Below are positions 1 through 10,793 of a DNA stretch of 64,000 nucleotides, piece after piece. The notes under the pieces were generated by a model, which was not told the origin of the DNA, searched no databases, and saw nothing but the letters and a program-made list of their open reading frames with translations. Position numbers and translations under genes: made by a program. The stretch is from an uncultured delta proteobacterium. GTDB lineage: Bacteria; Desulfobacterota; Binatia; UBA9968. The first letter of the stretch is position 1, and every line of letters starts with the position of its first letter. The stretch lies in contig CAVTUQ010000002.1 of assembly GCA_963737905.1 (NCBI GenBank), forward strand, positions 608,001 to 672,000, written 5' to 3'.

Positions 1-15
1 CTTCGCCCGTCCCGC

Positions 16-2650
16 CTAATCTTTATTTTTCCGAATCTCGCGTTCCGCCTGGAGCCAGTCCTGAACCGCGTGGTCTTCGCGGCGGCCTTGCTGCTCATAG
101 AGTTCATCGGCTCGCTGGGCGATCTGCGGTGTCACATCAAGAGGGTTCTTGGCCATGAGGGGCGCGGCAGTTGGATCGAACACCCGATACGCAATCAGTT
201 TTACGCGATCATTCAGGACAAACCACGCGAGGGCATAGCCCCAGACGAACAGTGCCCAGCCCCAGCCGAGGGGCGTCATAAACAGCCCATAAACCGCGAT
301 CAAGTCGCCACGATTTGCGTGCCGAGCACCGCGCCCCATAAAATTTTTGCCGGACGGATGGACCAGAACGGGCCGCGCGTGCGCGTGAGGAAGATCGTCA
401 GATGTCCCGCCACGGACAACTTCAAATACATCAACGTCTGGATGTGCGCGCGGTCGAGATGAAAGACGCGCTCGCCGAGATAAAACAAACCGAAGGCGGA
501 GACGACCCCGATGACGCCCAGCACCGTGGAGATCCCCAGCACCATGCGCATGTTCCAGGCCTCGGGCTGATCCTTGTAATGAACGTTGTCATACGCGATG
601 GACAGGATGGCGCCGTCGTTGAGCAACGCCAGCATCACGATCATCACCGCGGTCAACGGATAAAAATTAAAGACCAGGATCGCCAGCGTCATAAAGAACA
701 GCACGCGCAGCGTCTCGGCGATGCGGTAGATTGCGTAGCTGTTCATCCGCTGGAAGATACGGCGGCTTTCCTTGACCGCGTCGATGATCACCGAGAGGCC
801 GGGCGTCATCAGCACGATGGCCGCCGCCGCGCGCGCCGCGTCCGTCGCGGCCGAAACGGCGATGCCGCAGTCGGCCTTCTTCAGCGCGGGGGCATCATTC
901 ACCCCGTCGCCCGTCATGCCAACGATGTGACCGCGTTTTTGCAGCACGTCCACAATGTGGAACTTGTGCTCGGGAAACACCTGCGCGAAACCGTCGGCCT
1001 TCTCAATGGACTCGGCCACCTCCGTGGTTTCCTGCTTCTTTGAGTCGCCCAGGCTGGAGGCATCGAGGATGTCTGCGCCCATGTCCAACTTCTTGGCGGT
1101 TTCCTTGGCGATGGCGAGTGCATCGCCCGTAACCATCTTGATCTTCACGCCCATCTGTCCCGCGGTTGCGATGGTCGCCTTGGCATCGTCGCGTGGCGGA
1201 TCGAACAATGGCAACACGCCAACGAACTGCCATGAACTTTCTCCTCCTCCCTCGGCTCGCGCCACGCCCAACGAACGAAAACCGCGCGCGGCAAACTCGT
1301 TGACCGCCTGCTCGACGGCGGCTTTCACCTGCCCGGCATTGGCCGCCAAGGCCAGAATCACCTGCGGCGCGCCCTTCGTCACCTTGAACGGCTTTCCGTC
1401 TTTGGCTTTGACGGTGGCCTCGGTCCGCTTGTGGACCGGGTCGAACGGCTGGAAATGCACCACCTCATAAGCCTTTAACGAATCCTTGTCTTTCAGTCCG
1501 CCCAGAACGGCCAGATCAATGGTGTCGTTATTGTCCGCGCGCGACGCGAGCGCCCCATTGAGGATGACTTGATCGGCAGCGATGTCGTTCAGGCTGAACG
1601 GATCGCCCAAGGTCAGCTTGTTCTGGGTCAGGGTGCCTGTCTTGTCGGCGCACAGCACGTCTACGCCCGCCAATTCCTCGATCGCCACTAACTTGCTCAC
1701 TATCGCCTGTTTCCTGGCGAGCAGGCGCGCGCCGACCGCCATCGTCACCGACAACACCGTCGGCATCGCCACGGGAATCGCCGCCACGGTCAGCACCAGG
1801 GCGAACTGCAACGTGGTGAGGATCGGGTCGCCGCGGAAGATGGCGACGGTAATAATCACCGCCACCAGAGCCACCGCGAGGATGATCAGGTAATTGCCAA
1901 TCTTCAAAACCGCCTTTTGAAAATGGCTGACGGTATGCGCCTCCTGCACCAGTTGCGCCGTCTTACCGAAGTAGGTGTTCTCTCCCGTGGCATAGACCAG
2001 TGCGCCGATTTCACCCTGGCGAATAATCGAACCGGAAAACACCGCCTCGCCGGGTTTGCGCTGGCGGGCAACGACTCTCCCGTCAGCGCCGACTGATCCA
2101 CCTCCACTGGGTCGCCCTCCAGCAGGCGCGCATCCGCCGGCACAATGTCGCCCAAGCGCAAGCGAATGACGTCACCCGGCACCAACTCACGCGCCGCCGG
2201 GTTGACCCACTTCCCATCACGTTTCACCCGGGCCTTGATCGCCAGTTTAGCCTTGAGGGCCTCGATGGCGTTTCCCGCCTCGCGTTCTTCCCAGAATCCG
2301 ACCACAGCGTTGGCAAGAAGCAAGAGGAGGATGATGCCAAAGTCCGGCCAATGCCGGACCACGCCCGACAGAATCACCGCCACTTCAATCATCCACGGGA
2401 TGGGCCCCCAAAAATAGCTAAGGAATTTCAGGAACGCATTGGTTTTCTTTTCTTCAATCTCGTTGGGGCCGTATTGGGTCAGCCGCTTCTGCGCTTCGGC
2501 TTGACTGAGGCCGTCCGGCGATGACCCCAATTTTTTCTCCAGTTCCGCCAGAGGCAGGGATTTCAGATCATCTTTCGCATCGGGCTTGGCATTGGGCTTC
2601 GATCCCGGCTTCGATTCGGGAGGCTTGGGTTGGTCGGCATTGGGTTTCAT
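16..2650 (-). pseudogene. P-type IIIA plasma-membrane H+-ATPase with C-terminal DUF2934-like domain, split by two 1-nt deletions (~2061 and ~304)
   Basis: ORFs 1904-2650, 300-2042 and 16-339 join into one protein: TGESLP actuator, DKTGTLT phosphorylation site, KGAP, TGDGVNDAPAL and AIPVAMP. Adding one base restores ...LPATRKPGEAVFSGS and ...TQIVATLIAVYG. C-tail IAQRADELYEQQGR...DWLQAEREI is DUF2934-like. The indels could be sequencing errors. Confidence 0.9.
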
Positions 2651-2687
2651 AATGGATATTCTCCATTTATTGCGATGGCACAGGTTT

Positions 2688-2856
2688 CTTAAGTAAGGTT
2701 ATTCCGGATTTTCTGTGAAGAAGTATTCACCACAGAGGCGTCGAGTTCGCAGAGATCGGAGAATTTCTTAATCAAGAACTCTTTACTCCGCGTCCTCCGC
2801 GCCTTCGCGGTGCAATTTCCGAGTCCTACTTCACAGGAATGCCTGAAGTCCCCTTA
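2688..2856. repeat. Nested palindromic intergenic element (REP/MITE-like)
   Basis: Outer CTTAAG...CTTAAG, then TTCTGTGAAG / CTTCACAGGAA inverted pair, then inner CACCACAGAGGCG...CGCCTTCGCGGTG imperfect inverted pair. Confidence 0.6.
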
Positions 2857-2917
2857 AGTTGAAGGAGCTTGCGCACCATCGCCCGCGTTTTCCCTTTCCC
2901 GGGAATCTTCATCGGAT

Positions 2918-4516
2918 TTAATCCTCGTTCTTTTCGGATTCAGGCTCCTCGGTGGTCTTTTCCTCCTCGCCGGATTCCAGCCGCAACAGGCGTGCGTCGA
3001 TGTCCGCCAGCAACTTCTCGTAAATCTCCTGGCTCAGCAGGCCTTGCCGGAAGGAATCGATGGCATGGTTCTTCTCCGTCAGCAACAGATGCCGGCGCGC
3101 CCACTGTGATTCCTGGGCCGCAATCGCCGCGCGGTCGAGTTCCAACTCACCGATCTGGTCTTGCTCCTCCTGGATCCGCTTTTCGTATTCTTGCTTGAGC
3201 CGGGGGCGCACGTCGTCGCCGGAGAAATGCACGTACGACATACGTTCCAGTTCTTCGAGCGCTGCGCTGGCCGCCTGCAGTTTGCCGCGAGCAAACTCGT
3301 ACGCTTCCCGGTGCTCGCGCCCTTTGACAATGCCCAGCCATCGCAGCAGTGGCGATACGGTCATGCCGTGCACCAGAATCGAGATCATCACCACCCCGAA
3401 CGTCGTCGTCACCAACAGATCACGATGCGGGAAATCCTTCGCCAGACTGAGCACCAGGACCATCGGCAAACCACCGCGCAACCCGCCCCACGTCAGCACG
3501 ACGCTCCACAGCCACGGAATTTTCTCGCGGGTCTTTCGCAGCAAACCGGACACGGCGAAGATCACCAGCCCCCGGCCCGCGCTCACGACCAGATAGGCGA
3601 CGAGAATCACCTTCCACGAACTGAACAACGCATCAAGATGCACCTCCAGGCCGATGAGCAGAAACACAATCGAGTTCAAGGCAAACGCGACGTATTCCCA
3701 AAAGGTTTCTACAGCGACCCGCGTGGACGGCGTCATGCCGGTGCGCGCGCCATAATTGCCGCAGAGCACCCCGGCGACCACGACCGCGATCACACCTGAA
3801 TAATGAAAGTGTTCGGCGGTCACAAACGAGCCATACGCCGCGATCGTCGTGAGCGTGATCTCGATCATCGCATCATCAATCTGTTTGATCACCTGCGACG
3901 CCGCCAGGCCGACCGCCGCGCCAATCAGCCCGCCAAACCCGACAATCTTGAGAAAGTCAGTCGCCAGTTGTCCCGTCGTGACGCTGGCACCGGTCACCAG
4001 CGAAAGACTCAGCATGAAGAACACGATCGCCGTGCCATCGTTGAGCAAACTCTCGCCGTCCAGTAAAACCGACAACCGCCGCGGCGCGCCGAAACTCCGA
4101 AACACCGCCACCACCGCGATCGGGTCGGTTGCCGCGATCAACGCCCCAAACACCAACGCATACTGCCACGTGAAATTCTGCTCCAGATGGAGCGTGCTCA
4201 CGACGGGTGTCAGGATCACGGTCGTCAACGCCACCGCGGCAGCCACACCCGGCACGGCCAGTGCCGCGATGGCAAAGCGGTTACGCCAGAATTCGTGGAA
4301 CTCGATGTGAAACGCAGCCTCAAACAACAAGCCCGGCAGGAAAACCGAAAAGAGCAATTCCTTCGTCAAATGGGGCGGCGTGAACAGTTTCAGGATACCG
4401 AGCGCCAACCCGGTTAGCACCAGCCCCACCGTATACGGCACATGCAATTGCCGCACGGCAATCGCCACCGCCACGGCGACCGAAAACAACAGAATCAGAA
4501 TGGTCTCAGCCTGCAC
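2918..4516 (-). CDS. CPA1-family Na+/H+ antiporter (NhaP/NhaG-like)
   Basis: About 12 TM segments; motifs FLPGLLFEAA, ATDPIAV, GESLLNDG, FWEY, WGGLRG. Confidence 0.93.
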   Translation of the reverse strand: MQAETILILLFSVAVAVAIAVRQLHVPYTVGLVLTGLALGILKLFTPPHLTKELLFSVFLPGLLFEAAFHIEFHEFWRNRFAIAALAVPGVAAAVALTTVILTPVVSTLHLEQNFTWQYALVFGALIAATDPIAVVAVFRSFGAPRRLSVLLDGESLLNDGTAIVFFMLSLSLVTGASVTTGQLATDFLKIVGFGGLIGAAVGLAASQVIKQIDDAMIEITLTTIAAYGSFVTAEHFHYSGVIAVVVAGVLCGNYGARTGMTPSTRVAVETFWEYVAFALNSIVFLLIGLEVHLDALFSSWKVILVAYLVVSAGRGLVIFAVSGLLRKTREKIPWLWSVVLTWGGLRGGLPMVLVLSLAKDFPHRDLLVTTTFGVVMISILVHGMTVSPLLRWLGIVKGREHREAYEFARGKLQAASAALEELERMSYVHFSGDDVRPRLKQEYEKRIQEEQDQIGELELDRAAIAAQESQWARRHLLLTEKNHAIDSFRQGLLSQEIYEKLLADIDARLLRLESGEEEKTTEEPESEKNED

Positions 4517-4657
4517 AGTCTGTCACCCCCACTACATCGCCCGCCAACTTTGGGGCGAGGGGAAGGATGCGGCAATCGATAGACCCGCGAACACCTCTTC
4601 TGTTTTCATTCCCTGCCTAGGGGATGGTTTTTGATCCGCTTCTAATCATGGTTGCGA

Positions 4658-4785
4658 GCCAAGTTCCTGCAGGGGGCGTAGAAACGTGATGACAACATGC
4701 CGGGAAAGCATGCCGATTACCTATTCGTCCGTCATCACGGGCAGTTGATTGACTCCGGTCACCATCCATCTGCTGCAGCGCCGCG
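4658..4785 (-). pseudogene. C-terminal CBS-domain remnant, probably of an M50 site-2 protease-CBS protein
   Basis: Manual translation across a frameshift and a stop gives AALQQMDGD/GVNQLPVMTDE*VIGMLSRHVVITFLRPLQELG, a CBS pattern typical of the C-terminus of site-2 protease-CBS proteins. Not in the ORF track. Confidence 0.65.
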
Positions 4786-4807
4786 TATCGCATATTGCAA
4801 CCGCCCA

Positions 4808-7010
4808 TTACCGCTGCCACAGGATGCGCTTCTCTTCCAGGGGGGGGTGAAACGGCACCACCCGCGGGGTGTAATCTGTGGCGGGACGAGAGGCGGGCAC
4901 CCGGGCGCTGTAACTGAAACCCCGCGCTGCAATCAATTGTTCACCTCGTACCATTCTTTGACGAATCGCTTCGCCGCCGTTTACCAGCTCGGCGTAGAGT
5001 TCGACCTGAACGGCCTCTGGATCGAGGTCGCCGAGATAAACCTGAACTTGAAAAAAATGCCAGGGCTGTTTGGTCTCGACTCTTACTTCGCCGAATCGCA
5101 GGGTGGCCCAGTGCCGTTCGATGGAATTCTGCCATTGAACCAGCTCCGCTGCCAAAGCGCCGTTCCCGGCGAGGCGTCTGCGATAGGCTTCGGCGGCGGG
5201 AATATAATTCTTCTCCGCGTATTCGCGCACGGTTCGGTTGGCGGAAAAAAATGGCGTGAGCCGGGCCATGCTCTTGCGCATTCGAGCGACCCAAGCTGTC
5301 GGGATGCCCCGGTCGTTGCGACTATAAAATTCCGGCACGACCTCCTGCTCCACGAGCGAATAAAGCGCCTCGGCCTCGGCTGCATCCCAGGCAGGATCGT
5401 CGCCGTGCTCTTGTCCGTCACCGATGGCCCAGCCCATCTCCGGCGCGTAGGCTTCGGCCCACCAGCCGTCGCGCTCCGAGAGATTGAGACCGCCGTTGAC
5501 GAGAACTTTCATGCCGCTGGTGCCGCTGCTGGCTTCCCAGGGGCGCCTCGGCGTATTGATCCAGAGATCCACGCCCTGAACCAGATGTTCCGCCATCATC
5601 GTGTCGTAGTCGCTGAGCATAGCGACGTGCCTGCGGGTCGGGAGCCGGCGGATAAACTGGGCCCATTCTTGAATCATGAATTGTCCCGCTTGGTCTGCAG
5701 GATGCGCCTTCCCCGCAATCACCAACTGCACGGGACGCGTGGGATTTGTCAAGATGCGCAGCAATCGATCCGGGTCGTGTAGTAATAAGTTCGGCCTTTT
5801 GTAAGTAGCAAAGCGACGGGCAAAACCAAGCGTAAGCGTGTCGGCATCAAGAATTTGCTGGATGAGCGACAGCTCTTCAAGCGAAGTGCCCGAAGCGACC
5901 AATTGAGCCGATAGTCGTTTGCGCACGTACTCGACGAGAGACTTTCTACCGGCCGTGCGCAGCTGCCAGAGCTTGGCGTCGGTTGTAGAACGGATAAGTT
6001 CTTCGAGCGATTCCGTTGTGCCCATCCAGCGTTCCTTGCCGCAGCAAGTGGTCCAGAGCTCATCGGCCTCTGCCGAGTCCCAGCTCGGCATATGAACGCC
6101 GTTGGTGACGTGCTTGATCGGCACTTCGACTCGCGGCCAGCGCGGAAACAAAGGTTGAAAGAGGCGCCGGCTGACGGCGCCGTGGAGCCGGCTTACGCCG
6201 TTGACAGCGCCGCTCCCCCGGATCGCCAGGTAGGCCATGTTGAAAGGCTCCGCGCGATCGCTACCGTTCTGGCGGCCGAGGGCCAGCAAAGCATCCAAGG
6301 GAATGCGGAGTTTCTGCTCGCTGTAGCCGCGCAAATAACGCTCGATGAGCTCGGGCGGGAAACGATCAAAGCCCGCCTCCACCGGCATATGCGTGGTAAA
6401 TAGATTTCCCGCTCGCGTCACCGTCAGCGCGACATCGAAAGGCTGGCTCGTTTCGTCCATGTAATCCCGAGCTCGCTCCAGGACCACCAATGCCGCGTGT
6501 CCCTCGTTGAGGTGACACACTTCCGGGTTGATGCCGAGCGCTCGCAACAGCCGCCAACCCCCGACGCCGAGAATCAACTCCTGCTGTAAGCGCAGCTCGG
6601 GGCCACCACCGTAGAGCTCGCTGGTAATCCCGCGGTGAGCCGGGAAGTTCGCCAGATCGTTGCTATCCAAGAGGTAGAGGCGTGCTCTGCCGACCTGAAC
6701 TGCCCAGCCGCGCAGCCACACGGTGTATCCCGGGAAACCAAGCTCGAGCCGCAGCCACTCGCCATTGGCGTCCCGCAAAGGCGTAACCGGCAGTTGCCCG
6801 GGATCGTTGTAGGGATAGAGGGCACGCTGCGCGCCGTCCCTGTCGATCACCTGACGAAAATAGCCTTGTTGATAGAGTAGTCCGATCCCAACCACCGGCA
6901 CGCCGAGATCGCTCGCGGACTTGAGCTGGTCGCCGGAAACGTTACCGAGGCCGCCGGAATAAATCGGCAGCGCCTCGCTCAACATGAACTCCATACTAAA
7001 ATACGCGACG
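4808..7010 (-). pseudogene. glgP: Alpha-glucan (glycogen) phosphorylase, 5'-truncated and with a lesion in the PLP signature
   Basis: VAYFSMEF..LPIYSGGLG, CHLNEGH, ARRFATYKR and GKAHP motifs. The PLP motif reads EASSGTSGMK (extra AGC codon). The native N-terminal ~100 aa are missing; the ORF's first ~55 codons are the antisense of an antiporter fragment. Confidence 0.85.
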
Positions 7011-7384
7011 GGGCTGGGCAGGACCTGGGTTGGCGTGATCCTGATGGCTTCCGTTACCTCGCTCCCGGAACTGGTTACGGGAATCAGCTCGGTGGCTATC
7101 TTCAATGTTCCCGACATCATGGCCTTCGGGAATATTTTCGAAAGCAACCTGTTTAACATTCTGATCCTGGCCATCGACGACCTCTTCTACACGAAAGGGC
7201 CGATCCTTTTGCATGTCTCCGTCAATCACCTTGTCAGCTCCAGCGCGGCTATTGCTATGACCGGCATTGCAGTCCTTGGTTTGACCTACGAGTGAGCAAA
7301 AAATGGCTTTTCTTTGCCTGGGATTCTCTGGCGATTCTGGCAATTTATCTGGTCGCTCTCGCCGTCCTCTACATGATGCGATAG
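7005..7384 (+). pseudogene. Na+/Ca2+ (CaCA/YrbG-type) antiporter remnant with internal deletion and frameshift
   Basis: GLGRTWVGVILMASVTSLPELVTGIS (alpha-1 repeat region) is joined directly to MAFGNIFESNLFNILILAIDD (alpha-2 end). The tail VSKKWLFFAWDSLAILAIYLVALAVLYMMR* is in another frame. Confidence 0.8.
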
Positions 7385-7573
7385 AAACAATGTCGTGTTG
7401 TGCTATGAATTTCACCCTTCGCGCAATTGGCTGGATACGTGACCAATAGCGTTACCCAGGATTCTTGTACAAATGGCAACCAAGACGATGCACAATTTCG
7501 CAATCGCAAAAATCAAAATCATCTTGACTATCTTGGCTACATCTCATCAAAGCAACTAATGCTTCGCCCTGCG

Positions 7574-8347
7574 TCATTCGATAAACGTCAACAGACCCAT
7601 AACCACGATACCGAGCGTGATAAGGACCGTCTGCAACACCAAGGCACGCAAACTGCGATCGTGCTGCAATTCCGGAATCAGATCTGCGGCGGCGAGATAG
7701 ACAAATCCACCCGCCGTGAGCGGGACCAGCGAAGTCGTGACTGTTTCCTGGGCGACAGAGCCGGCCAATAGTGAAAGGGCTGTGCCCAGGATGGCGACAC
7801 TGGCGGACCCTAGGTTGAGCAGCACCGCTTTGCGCACGCTGAGCCCGCTGTGGATCAGAATACCGAAGTCGGCCAGCTCTTGGGGAATTTCGTGGAATAG
7901 CACCGCGATGGTCGTCGACAGACCGAGGGCCGGGCTCGCGAGATAACTCGCGCCGATCACCATGCCGTCAATGAAATTGTGAATCGCATCGCCAAGTATA
8001 TTAATCGCAGCCAACTCGGGCCGATTCACCGCCTGATGGCCATGGAAATGCTCGTGTAATACTCCGTGGCTGTGGCGGAGGAGTTTCTCGACTACAAAGA
8101 AGGCCATCATTCCGCTCAGGACCAGAAGCGAGGGGCCCAACGGCGTGCCTGGAGAAACAGCGGCGGCGAAAGTTTTCGGGATCAGGTGAATGAACGCGTT
8201 GCCGAGTAGGGCTCCGACCGCGAAACTCACGAAGAATGTGGCCAGTTTGCGAATGCGGGCTTCGTCCATCGAGATCGTAAAGAGGCCGACGAGTGAAACG
8301 AGGCTCACTGCGATGACGCTGACAAGGGCAAGAATAACGGTCGTCAC
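7574..8347 (-). CDS. ZIP family zinc/metal transporter
   Basis: His-rich loop HSHGVLHEHFHGH; GDAIHNFIDG and HEIPQELADF motifs. Confidence 0.93.
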   Translation of the reverse strand: MTTVILALVSVIAVSLVSLVGLFTISMDEARIRKLATFFVSFAVGALLGNAFIHLIPKTFAAAVSPGTPLGPSLLVLSGMMAFFVVEKLLRHSHGVLHEHFHGHQAVNRPELAAINILGDAIHNFIDGMVIGASYLASPALGLSTTIAVLFHEIPQELADFGILIHSGLSVRKAVLLNLGSASVAILGTALSLLAGSVAQETVTTSLVPLTAGGFVYLAAADLIPELQHDRSLRALVLQTVLITLGIVVMGLLTFIE

Positions 8348-8653
8348 GCGCTGCCCCTAGCAAGAGCCGCGTTAACGGAATTGATGATTTTCATCTTCCC
8401 TATAATGCTCCTTGATGGATGTGTCATAGGATCAGCATCGTTACAAGCTAGTCCCCTTCTTTCGGACGGACCTGTCCTTCGGCGCTAAAACGTCACCAGA
8501 CCAAGACTTGTCACGGATCGTTCGCTTGTCTATAAGAGAAAAAATCAATCGATTTCATAATGGGTTAGCCGTCCGAGCGGAAAAAGGGAGAAACATTCTT
8601 TCGTCGGTTCCGAACGGCAAGAAACTTTGAACCAATAGGGAGATAAAAAACTT

Positions 8654-8776
8654 ATGTATACACGGATACTGATACCGCTGGACGGGTCACAAATGGTAGA
8701 ACAGGTTTTACCCCATGCTCGGTTTTTGGCCAAAGCGCCGATCTACCTTCATGGTTCGCGCGCACAAGACAAATAA
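8654..8776 (+). pseudogene. Universal stress protein (USP) N-terminal remnant
   Basis: GGAGA RBS then MYTRILIPLDGSQMVEQVLPHARFLAKA..., the canonical USP beta1-alpha1 start, ending after 40 codons. Not in the ORF track. Confidence 0.8.
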
Positions 8777-8819
8777 CCGTGGCGATGGGGAGGCTCTCTC
8801 AACAGGTATTGCACGTTCG

Positions 8820-8897
8820 TTGCGAATTTCGTAATTAGTCTTCGGATTTGTCTCAGAGTTCGAATTTCGGATTTTGTCAACGTGTCTTGGCGCGATA
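8820..8897. repeat. Short degenerate repeat tract (TTCGGAT/TTCGAAT units) ending in GTCTTGGCGCGATA
   Basis: CGAATTTCG...TTCGGATTT...TTCGAATTTCGGATTT; the final 14 nt are identical to 18795-18808. Confidence 0.55.
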
Positions 8898-8903
8898 AAC
8901 TTC

Positions 8904-9326
8904 ATGGCTAATGGTCATTGGGAGCTTTTCCCGCATGAAGCCGATATGGGTGTGAGGGGATCTGGGCGCTCTAAAGAGGAGGCCTTTGAGCAAACCGCGG
9001 TGGCGCTGACAGCCGTCATCAGCGACCCGGCATCCATCGAGGCCAAGGAAATGGTAGAGATCGCCTGCGAAGCTCCCGACGACGAACTTCTGCTCGTTAA
9101 CTGGCTCAACGCCGTGGTCTACGAGATGGCAACACGAAAGATGCTCTTCGGCCGCTTCCGCGTTTCACTCGACGGCACTGCTCTACGGGGACAGGCCTGG
9201 GGTGAGGCGATCGATGTGGATCGGCACGACCCCGCCGTTGAAGTGAAAGGCGCCACATGCACCGTCCTCAAGGTGGCGCAGGATGATGCCGGCTGTTGGT
9301 TCGCCCAATGTGTTGTCGACGTTTGA
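8904..9326 (+). CDS. Archease (RtcB cofactor)
   Basis: [12 protein letters not shown]-terminal motif, EVKGAT, C-terminal VVDV; immediately upstream of rtcB. Confidence 0.92.
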   Translation: MANGHWELFPHEADMGVRGSGRSKEEAFEQTAVALTAVISDPASIEAKEMVEIACEAPDDELLLVNWLNAVVYEMATRKMLFGRFRVSLDGTALRGQAWGEAIDVDRHDPAVEVKGATCTVLKVAQDDAGCWFAQCVVDV

Positions 9327-9335
9327 GGAAAACAG

Positions 9336-10766
9336 ATGGATGTCGCACGCCTTCAAAGAAAAAACGAAAATGAGTGGTGGATTCCGCCCTTTGGCAAGAT
9401 GCGTGTTTCCGCTGTGATCTTTGCCACTGAGAAACTGATCCGTGATATGGACGAAAAGGTGTACGAACAGGTCACTAATGTCGCGACTTTACCGGGCATC
9501 GTCAAAGCGTCGTATGCCATGCCCGATGCGCATTGGGGATATGGTTTTCCCATCGGTGGCGTCGCGGCCTTTGATGCCGACAAAGGCGGCGTCATTTCTG
9601 CCGGCGGGGTCGGCTTCGACATTTCCTGCGGCGTGCGAACCTTGTTGACCGGGCTCACGTTAGAGGAAGTTGGGCCTGCCAAGGAACGGCTGGCGGACGT
9701 ACTGTTCCACAAAATTCCAGCCGGGGTCGGCAGCCGAGGGAAGATAAGCTTGAACCGCAAAGAAATGGATTCCATGCTCACGGGAGGAGCGCGATGGGCA
9801 GTGGGACGGGGCTACGGCCGGGCGGAAGATCTTGAGCGAATCGAAGAAGGCGGATGCACCTCCGGAGCACACCCTGACGAAGTCTCCGATCGCGCCAAGA
9901 AGCGCCAGCAGGACGAAATGGGGACTCTCGGTTCCGGTAACCATTATCTGGAGGTCCAACACGTCGCTAAAATTTTCGACGGCCCCATAGCGTTGTCGTA
10001 CGAGCTTTGTGAAGGTGATGTCGTGCTCAGCATTCACTGCGGCTCTCGCGGGCTCGGCCATCAAATCGGCACAGAGTTTCTGACCCGGATGGCCGCCGGC
10101 GCGTCGCAGTATGGTATCGAGTTGCCGGACCGCGAGTTGGCGTGCGCGCCTATAGACTCGCCTCTGGGAGAAGCTTATCTGGGCGCGATGCGCTCCGCGA
10201 TTAATTGTGCGCTCGCCAACCGCCAGATCATTACCCATTTGGTGCGAACGGCCTTCCATGAGGTCTTTCCAAAAGCGGAGTTGCCGTTGCTCTACGACGT
10301 CTCCCACAACACCTGCAAGACTGAAGAACACATATTCGATAGAAGACCCCTGCGTCTTTTTGTTCATCGCAAGGGCGCTACCCGCGCCTTCGGCCCCGGC
10401 CATTCCGCCGTCCCCGATATTTTTAAATCCGTGGGCCAGCCGGTTCTGATCGGTGGCACAATGGGCACCGCTTCATATATCCTGTCGGGCACAGCCAAAG
10501 GAATGAATCTGGCCTTCGGCTCCGCTTGCCACGGCGCTGGCCGGAGCATGAGTCGCCATCAGGCCTTGAGACAGTGGCGCGGAGTGGAGGTCGTTCAGAG
10601 CCTCGCTAACCAAGGGGTGCTGATTCGCAGCCGCTCGATGCGCGGGGTTGCCGAAGAAGCGCCCGGAGCTTACAAAGATGTGAGCGCGGTCGTCGAGGCG
10701 GCGGATCATGCGGGTCTCGCCCGAGTTGTTGCCCGACTGGAACCCGTGATCTGCATTAAGGGATAG
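9336..10766 (+). CDS. rtcB: RNA-splicing/repair ligase RtcB
   Basis: MPDAHWGYGFPIG, GFDISCG, LGSGNHYLE, HCGSRG, HRKGAT, HGAGR, EEAPGAYK and terminal KG. Confidence 0.97.
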   Translation: MDVARLQRKNENEWWIPPFGKMRVSAVIFATEKLIRDMDEKVYEQVTNVATLPGIVKASYAMPDAHWGYGFPIGGVAAFDADKGGVISAGGVGFDISCGVRTLLTGLTLEEVGPAKERLADVLFHKIPAGVGSRGKISLNRKEMDSMLTGGARWAVGRGYGRAEDLERIEEGGCTSGAHPDEVSDRAKKRQQDEMGTLGSGNHYLEVQHVAKIFDGPIALSYELCEGDVVLSIHCGSRGLGHQIGTEFLTRMAAGASQYGIELPDRELACAPIDSPLGEAYLGAMRSAINCALANRQIITHLVRTAFHEVFPKAELPLLYDVSHNTCKTEEHIFDRRPLRLFVHRKGATRAFGPGHSAVPDIFKSVGQPVLIGGTMGTASYILSGTAKGMNLAFGSACHGAGRSMSRHQALRQWRGVEVVQSLANQGVLIRSRSMRGVAEEAPGAYKDVSAVVEAADHAGLARVVARLEPVICIKG

Positions 10767-10793
10767 ACTACTCAGTCCACGGGAGGAGACGCC

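Noticed and set aside
4697-5782. 361-aa plus-strand ORF
   Set aside because: Antisense shadow of glgP in GC-rich DNA with no recognisable motifs.
7011-7174. N-terminal 55 aa of the 788-aa ORF as part of glycogen phosphorylase
   Set aside because: It is the antisense of the CaCA antiporter remnant; phosphorylase similarity starts at VAYFSMEF.
8344-8394. 16-codon ORF MKIINSVNAALARGSA overlapping the ZIP start as a metal-sensing leader peptide
   Set aside because: It has no His or Cys residues; in this decayed region it is more likely another deletion stump.
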